A DNA stretch of 64,000 nt from a virus. Taxonomy: Duplodnaviria > Caudoviricetes. Positions 59,318-64,000 of the stretch are shown here, one piece after another. The DNA lies in the IMG/VR virus record IMGVR_UViG_3300017814_000114, positions 28,052 to 92,051 of that record. One strand, written 5' to 3'. The translations under genes were made by a program, and so were the position numbers. Every line of letters begins with the position of its first letter. Within the stretch, counting starts at the first letter, position 1. The notes beneath the pieces are model-generated. The model worked only from the letters and a program-made list of their open reading frames with translations. It searched no databases and was not told the DNA's origin.

Positions 59318-60556
59318 ATGGCATATAGTAACGGAATAATAACAGCCCCCGTCTCTATAGACGATATCGGTTTGGCACTTGGCTCAGGTTCGAAAGAGGT
59401 GGCCACTTTAGTTGGTTCACCCCTGGTCAATCCATGGGCACGGTTGAAGCCGGTCTCTCGTAACGATCTCTTTTACGAACGTTCGGACATCGCCAATAAT
59501 GATACATCGCTAGCAGGGAGAGAGGAAGATGGGGAGAATATTGACTTTTATCAATTCAACTTTAAGATACCACACGCCACATGGATGGTTCAATCCGCCT
59601 TATTCGGACAAAGTTTTAAGGCTGTATTGGTCAAAGCCCCTTATCCATTCCGTATGGGCGATTTCAAAGGATATAAACCTGGGGCTACGGCTCCTGCTGC
59701 AACGCTTACCGTGTCAGGCGGTGAACTCTATTATAACGTTACTTCCTCAATTGCATTATCTGTGATTGAGGGTTCTGACATAAAAGTTTCTGATTTTGTC
59801 TTGAAATTCATGAATTCGGCTTCGGTCTCGGGCACTTCGCTAGGGACATGGAAAATCGTATTTCTTCTATTCATCGGCAATACGGTGATATTGGTCAACT
59901 CCGGGCAGACATGGAATAATGCCGTTTCTTATGGCGGTCTATACAAATCAATAGGGGCATCGTACTTATCTGCTTATAACGGTTCGACAGCAAGCATTAT
60001 AGCATGCCTGTGCGGAGACACTGGCATCCCCGATGACATAACGGTCCTATCCGGATCTAACTATTCGGCCAACCGGTTCATCCCTCTTAACTTCAACGCC
60101 AATTCAGCGCAGCTATCGGTCGTTAACATCAAAGCATTTAATTGGCTGAAGGGCATGTCTGTCTCTATTCAGATTGGTAGCAAGCCAGCGAATCAAAAGC
60201 CCTATTATGGCGTTCAGATATGTGTTATACATGCTTCAGATGTTCTTTTTGACGAGCCCTATTGTTCGTTTAGACTTGTTCCTCGCATCGTAAAGAAAGA
60301 CGGAACGGTAGTCGTTGGTAATACATATACTACCGCCCCATACACAGTAGCAAACTGCTATAATGTGAACACTAAATATACTTTTCAAGTAAAAACGCCC
60401 GCAAATGGCAACACTTGGGTGGGATTTACCGGATTAATTAATTGGGATTCTTCCTACAGTTTTCTTGTTGATGTTTATTTAAGTACCGGAGCGAATAATA
60501 CCGATAGAGGACTTGTTTTTACATCAATTATAACAGACCAACTCAACAATTTATAA
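59318..60556 (+). CDS. Tail fibre-associated structural protein
   Basis: GII.APVSI.D, NPWA..KP, PFR.GDF.GY N-terminus, beta-rich remainder. Confidence 0.7.
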   Translation: MAYSNGIITAPVSIDDIGLALGSGSKEVATLVGSPLVNPWARLKPVSRNDLFYERSDIANNDTSLAGREEDGENIDFYQFNFKIPHATWMVQSALFGQSFKAVLVKAPYPFRMGDFKGYKPGATAPAATLTVSGGELYYNVTSSIALSVIEGSDIKVSDFVLKFMNSASVSGTSLGTWKIVFLLFIGNTVILVNSGQTWNNAVSYGGLYKSIGASYLSAYNGSTASIIACLCGDTGIPDDITVLSGSNYSANRFIPLNFNANSAQLSVVNIKAFNWLKGMSVSIQIGSKPANQKPYYGVQICVIHASDVLFDEPYCSFRLVPRIVKKDGTVVVGNTYTTAPYTVANCYNVNTKYTFQVKTPANGNTWVGFTGLINWDSSYSFLVDVYLSTGANNTDRGLVFTSIITDQLNNL

Positions 60557-60575
60557 TAACATAAAAAAACGAATT

Positions 60576-60866
60576 ATGAACTTAATTGGAAAAAAAATCG
60601 TCGCTCAAAGCTACAGAGTAGCTATTGAGGGCACAAGCGGGGATTACGATCTTATCGCTGAAGTAACTATTAATGCAGCAGGATTCCAAAGTTTAGAAAG
60701 CGGAGTCGTAAAAAAGGATGATGCTCAAGTGGCCAACTTTTCAAATTGTGGAACGCTAAACACCAATTTCTTGGCGGAAAACGTTGCTGAAATAGCTACT
60801 GTAATCAAGGATTTCGTCGATAGCGCTAAAGTGCTAGACGCGTCTATAGTATCAACGATTAAATAA
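60576..60866 (+). CDS. Hypothetical phage protein
   Basis: ORF in the tail-lysis operon. Confidence 0.6.
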   Translation: MNLIGKKIVAQSYRVAIEGTSGDYDLIAEVTINAAGFQSLESGVVKKDDAQVANFSNCGTLNTNFLAENVAEIATVIKDFVDSAKVLDASIVSTIK

Positions 60867-60877
60867 AAGAGGAAAGA

Positions 60878-61327
60878 ATGAAAACATTAGTAGCGTATAA
60901 CGCTTATATGGTCCTAAAAGGACTTAAGATGAATGAAGCCTCTGAAGAGACATTAGGCAAGTTGTGGGAAAACATGCTCGCCTTGGCGCCCGCATCTGAA
61001 GAATTAGAAAAATCGGAAAAGCTCGCTAAAGAAAGTCTTGAGGACGATGAACTAAAAAAAATGCGAGAGCGAGCTCAACGTCTGCAAGAACGCATGAGTA
61101 AAAAGAATGTGGAAGAGACTGCCGAAGATATAAAGGAAAGCGAAGAACTGCGCAGATACTTTGAGGATCATAACAAAAAGGGTGAAGAGTTTTTCAATAG
61201 GATCCACGAAAAAGAAGTGAAGATCACGCTTAAAAAAATTAAGGTGACAGAGCTAATGAAGCTCATGAAAATAAATGGTAAAACCCTCGGAGACCTCGAA
61301 AAGCTCCGGATAATGATAGGAGAATAA
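60878..61327 (+). CDS. Hypothetical coiled-coil protein
   Basis: E/K-rich helical ORF. Confidence 0.6.
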   Translation: MKTLVAYNAYMVLKGLKMNEASEETLGKLWENMLALAPASEELEKSEKLAKESLEDDELKKMRERAQRLQERMSKKNVEETAEDIKESEELRRYFEDHNKKGEEFFNRIHEKEVKITLKKIKVTELMKLMKINGKTLGDLEKLRIMIGE

Positions 61328-61331
61328 TCTG

Positions 61332-61805
61332 ATGAAAATGTTATTTATTAGTTATTTGTTATCGGGAGATAATGCAAAAATAGCAATGTGGTTGCTTGTT
61401 GCTGCAGCCTTAGCTTTTCCCCCAAATATTGCAAGTTTTATCGACCTTGTTACTGGCATAAAAGCGAGTAAGAGGCTTGGCAATTTCAAGACAACCTCAT
61501 TCGGGTTGAGACAAACGATTAGTAAAGATAGAGACTACATGACTTACTTCTTCCTCATGTTCCTTATCGATTGCTGTCTCTCGTTCTTCATTGACTTTCC
61601 AGTCATGTGTATTCTTTGTGCCATTGCGGAAACGGTTATAGAGGTTATATCTATCAGGGAAAACATGCACAAAGGACGTACAGAAACACATGATCCGATT
61701 GCGTTGATGCAAAGCATTGCCACTGCTTACGGTCAAGACAAAGCCGATAAGATTTTCAATATCATCAAACAACAGGAGGAAAAAAACAATGAGAATAACG
61801 GTTGA
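61332..61805 (+). CDS. Holin
   Basis: DLVTGI.AS......TS.GLR.T..K, three TM segments, E..SI.EN; overlaps the endolysin start. Confidence 0.82.
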   Translation: MKMLFISYLLSGDNAKIAMWLLVAAALAFPPNIASFIDLVTGIKASKRLGNFKTTSFGLRQTISKDRDYMTYFFLMFLIDCCLSFFIDFPVMCILCAIAETVIEVISIRENMHKGRTETHDPIALMQSIATAYGQDKADKIFNIIKQQEEKNNENNG

Positions 61806-62199
61806 CAGGCTTTGGAAGAAAGAGACGTATACCATCGGTAAAATGGCCATCGATGGAAAATACTTCTGCAACACACTTGAAGATAAAGAGAGAGACCTCA
61901 CCAAAGAATCCAAAGTTTTCGGCAGGACGGCCATTCCTGCCAGAACTTACCGGATAACGATGACTTACTCGCCGAAGTTCAAGCGAGTGATGCCACTCGT
62001 TAACGGCGTTCCGCAGTTCGAAGCGATCCGCATTCATCCGGGTAACAAGGCTGAAGATACGGAAGGTTGTATCTTGGTTGGTGAGAATACCATAATAGGG
62101 GGACTGACAAATTCACGTAAGTGGTCTGATGAACTGAACAAACGCATTCAGGATGCCTTAGCTAGTAAAGAAGATGTTTTGATAACCATTAAAGATTGA
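61789..62199 (+). CDS. Endolysin, DUF5675 family
   Basis: Near-identical to 54..467; ATG at 61789 by alignment. Confidence 0.85.
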   Translation: MRITVDRLWKKETYTIGKMAIDGKYFCNTLEDKERDLTKESKVFGRTAIPARTYRITMTYSPKFKRVMPLVNGVPQFEAIRIHPGNKAEDTEGCILVGENTIIGGLTNSRKWSDELNKRIQDALASKEDVLITIKD

Positions 62200-62203
62200 T
62201 GAT

Positions 62204-62623
62204 ATGAAACGAAAACAGACGTATATGTACACTATCATCCTATTTATGATATTGCTGACTTCATGCCGATCGGTCAAGTATGTGCCGGTTGAAAGTGTAC
62301 GGACAGAAACGAAGTATATCGATAAGCTGGTGCAAAAGCACGATTCGATCTATTTGCACGATTCGATTTCTTCGTATATCAAAGGGGACACGGTATTTCT
62401 AAATAAATACCGGACGAAGTACGTGAACAAGTACATCTTTGGCACAGACAGTATCTATTTTAATAAGACCGATTCCGTTCGTATCCCTTATCTTGTAGAG
62501 AAGCAACTCACCAAGTGGCAAAAGGTAGAAATGAATACCGGCAGAATAACGATTATTGCATTGATTGTGTTGGCTCTTTCATCAGGAATTTATATATTTG
62601 TGAATTATAAAGTGAGAAAGTAA
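62204..62623 (+). CDS. Spanin-like lipoprotein
   Basis: Near-identical to 681..1100. Confidence 0.75.
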   Translation: MKRKQTYMYTIILFMILLTSCRSVKYVPVESVRTETKYIDKLVQKHDSIYLHDSISSYIKGDTVFLNKYRTKYVNKYIFGTDSIYFNKTDSVRIPYLVEKQLTKWQKVEMNTGRITIIALIVLALSSGIYIFVNYKVRK

Positions 62624-62655
62624 ACCGAGAGGTTGAAGAGATAATATCAGATTGA

Positions 62656-62695
62656 GAAGAGGCGTGCGATAAACCGTACGTCTCTTCTATCTTAT
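62656..62695 (+). terminator. Terminator after the lysis genes
   Basis: gaagaggcgtgcg/cgtacgtctcttc stem. Confidence 0.7.
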
Positions 62696-62779
62696 TCTCA
62701 CTTTAATTAACTTGCAGACATGTTATCTATTATCATATGCTAATAACGGAAACAATTTACTTAAATATTGATTCTTTTT

Positions 62780-62803
62780 GTTGGGCGGTTGGGCGGTTGG
62801 GCT
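62780..62803. repeat. Second iteron triplet
   Basis: gttgggcg-gttgggcg-gttgggct, same 8-bp period and core as 24022..24045. Confidence 0.65.
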
Positions 62804-62830
62804 GCTAAAAAGCAAACTTTGAATACCACT

Positions 62831-64000
62831 TTATAAATTTCCTTTGAAATGTTTTGTTTCATCGTGTACCGTCAACGCATCCCCTTTTAAATATTTATTC
62901 GTCGTCGTAATGTCCGCATGTCGTGCCTGGTCTCGAGCCACGACGATGCCTTCTGCATTTGCCAGATCTCTAATACCAGAATCCTTTAAAGAGTAAAATT
63001 GATAATAAGCCGGCCATTTTAAAGTCTTCCTAAGATTCACAAAACTATCTCGAAATATGCGAGCACTCGCTTGGTCCTGAGATGGTATAAATTTCTCGCC
63101 AAATAGATAATCACTGTTAGGATGGGAAAAGACATCAAGTTCGATCATAAGCCTAATTAATTCATCATTGATACCCACCATGCCATCCCGCCTATTTTTA
63201 GAAAAAGCAGACGATATGAATATTTTTTGTTCCTTGATTCGTATATCACCCACTTTTATATATGTCAGTTCCGTCGGTCGAATAAAAGTATAATATTCCA
63301 TCATGCATGCTAAAAGAAAAGGTTTATTCGTCCTTCCAAGATGTTCACGAAGTAGGTGAAGATCATCTGCAGTCAATGCACTACGAAACTTTTGCTCCTC
63401 GGGTAAACATCTTATTTTAGATACCGGATTTTCTAATAAATATTTTTTTTCGACAAGCCAGGAACATAGAGCCGATAACCAAGTACGATAATTGTTTCTT
63501 GTACGTGCTGACGAATCCCGGTCTAACAAAATATAATCAAGGAAATCAGAAATAAAAGCTAAATCAAACTGATAGATATATACGATCTTACTATAACGTT
63601 GTCCGTTATAGGCTATTAGTGTACTCAGACGCGACAGATAATCATATACGGTTTTTTGTTTCATCGCCCCCGTTTTCTCCATCTTAGAGATATACAGTTG
63701 GAATTGATTAAGTACATTTTCAAAAGATGCATATTGCCGTTCATTCCCTGCTTCAGCCCATGGATTCCATCCGGATCTTAGTTTACCTGCTAATGATGCT
63801 ATTAGTTCCATCGCTCTCTTTTTCCTATCCGATGGTCTATCAATTCCATCTAGCATGTACTTTTTACGACGTAGACTATCGGTAATGGGGTCGAAACAAT
63901 AAAAATCAACATACCAATTCTTTCCGACAGAATGAAGCTTTGGGAGTGTGTAAGAAACAACTTCATAAAAAGAGGATCCTGATCTGTGTCGAGACAACAT
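62831..64000 (-). CDS. int: Tyrosine integrase, prophage B
   Basis: Paralog of integrase A with a near-identical catalytic C-terminus; ATG at the last bases of the window. Confidence 0.92.
   Translation of the reverse strand: MLSRHRSGSSFYEVVSYTLPKLHSVGKNWYVDFYCFDPITDSLRRKKYMLDGIDRPSDRKKRAMELIASLAGKLRSGWNPWAEAGNERQYASFENVLNQFQLYISKMEKTGAMKQKTVYDYLSRLSTLIAYNGQRYSKIVYIYQFDLAFISDFLDYILLDRDSSARTRNNYRTWLSALCSWLVEKKYLLENPVSKIRCLPEEQKFRSALTADDLHLLREHLGRTNKPFLLACMMEYYTFIRPTELTYIKVGDIRIKEQKIFISSAFSKNRRDGMVGINDELIRLMIELDVFSHPNSDYLFGEKFIPSQDQASARIFRDSFVNLRKTLKWPAYYQFYSLKDSGIRDLANAEGIVVARDQARHADITTTNKYLKGDALTVHDETKHFKGNL

Larger units (their letters stand above)
16627..64000. mobile_element. Prophage B, apparently near-complete long-tailed temperate phage
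   Basis: Repressor, primase-helicase, S49 protease, capsid, terminase, portal, tape measure, tail fibre, lysis module and integrase in sequence. Confidence 0.93.

Noticed and set aside
54460-60556. Diversity-generating retroelement acting on the tail fibre
   Set aside because: No reverse transcriptase in the window; repeat copies are in-frame and differ at all four bases rather than only at adenines

Overview
The window is almost entirely prophage DNA from a Bacteroidota (probably Bacteroidales) host, judged from the many TAnnTTTG-type promoters. It holds two related tailed prophages in tandem. Element A (1 to ~16.63 kb, left part outside the window) runs lysis genes, AT-rich cargo island, antisense-RNA-type leader, tape measure, tail protein, integrase. 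A junction at ~16.55-16.75 kb has arm-type repeats on both sides of a tRNA-3'-end-like core. Element B (~16.64 kb to just beyond 64 kb) looks essentially complete: repressor/Cro switch, primase-helicase, iteron origin, head/tail genes, methyltransferase, terminase, portal, a second cargo island, a second antisense leader, tape measure, repetitive tail fibre, lysis genes and integrase. Most notable: (1) both prophages carry, at the same slot upstream of the tape-measure gene, a defence-like cargo island sharing a promoter + membrane pentapeptide-repeat protein + FRG protein unit followed by a swapped third gene (membrane protein vs caspase); (2) a c4/CI-like RNA switch whose three 13-nt pairing boxes co-vary between the prophages; (3) an exactly spaced phage-specific late-promoter motif; (4) a likely -1 frameshift; (5) a distant second iteron cluster. 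All family assignments come from motif recognition by eye, not database searches.
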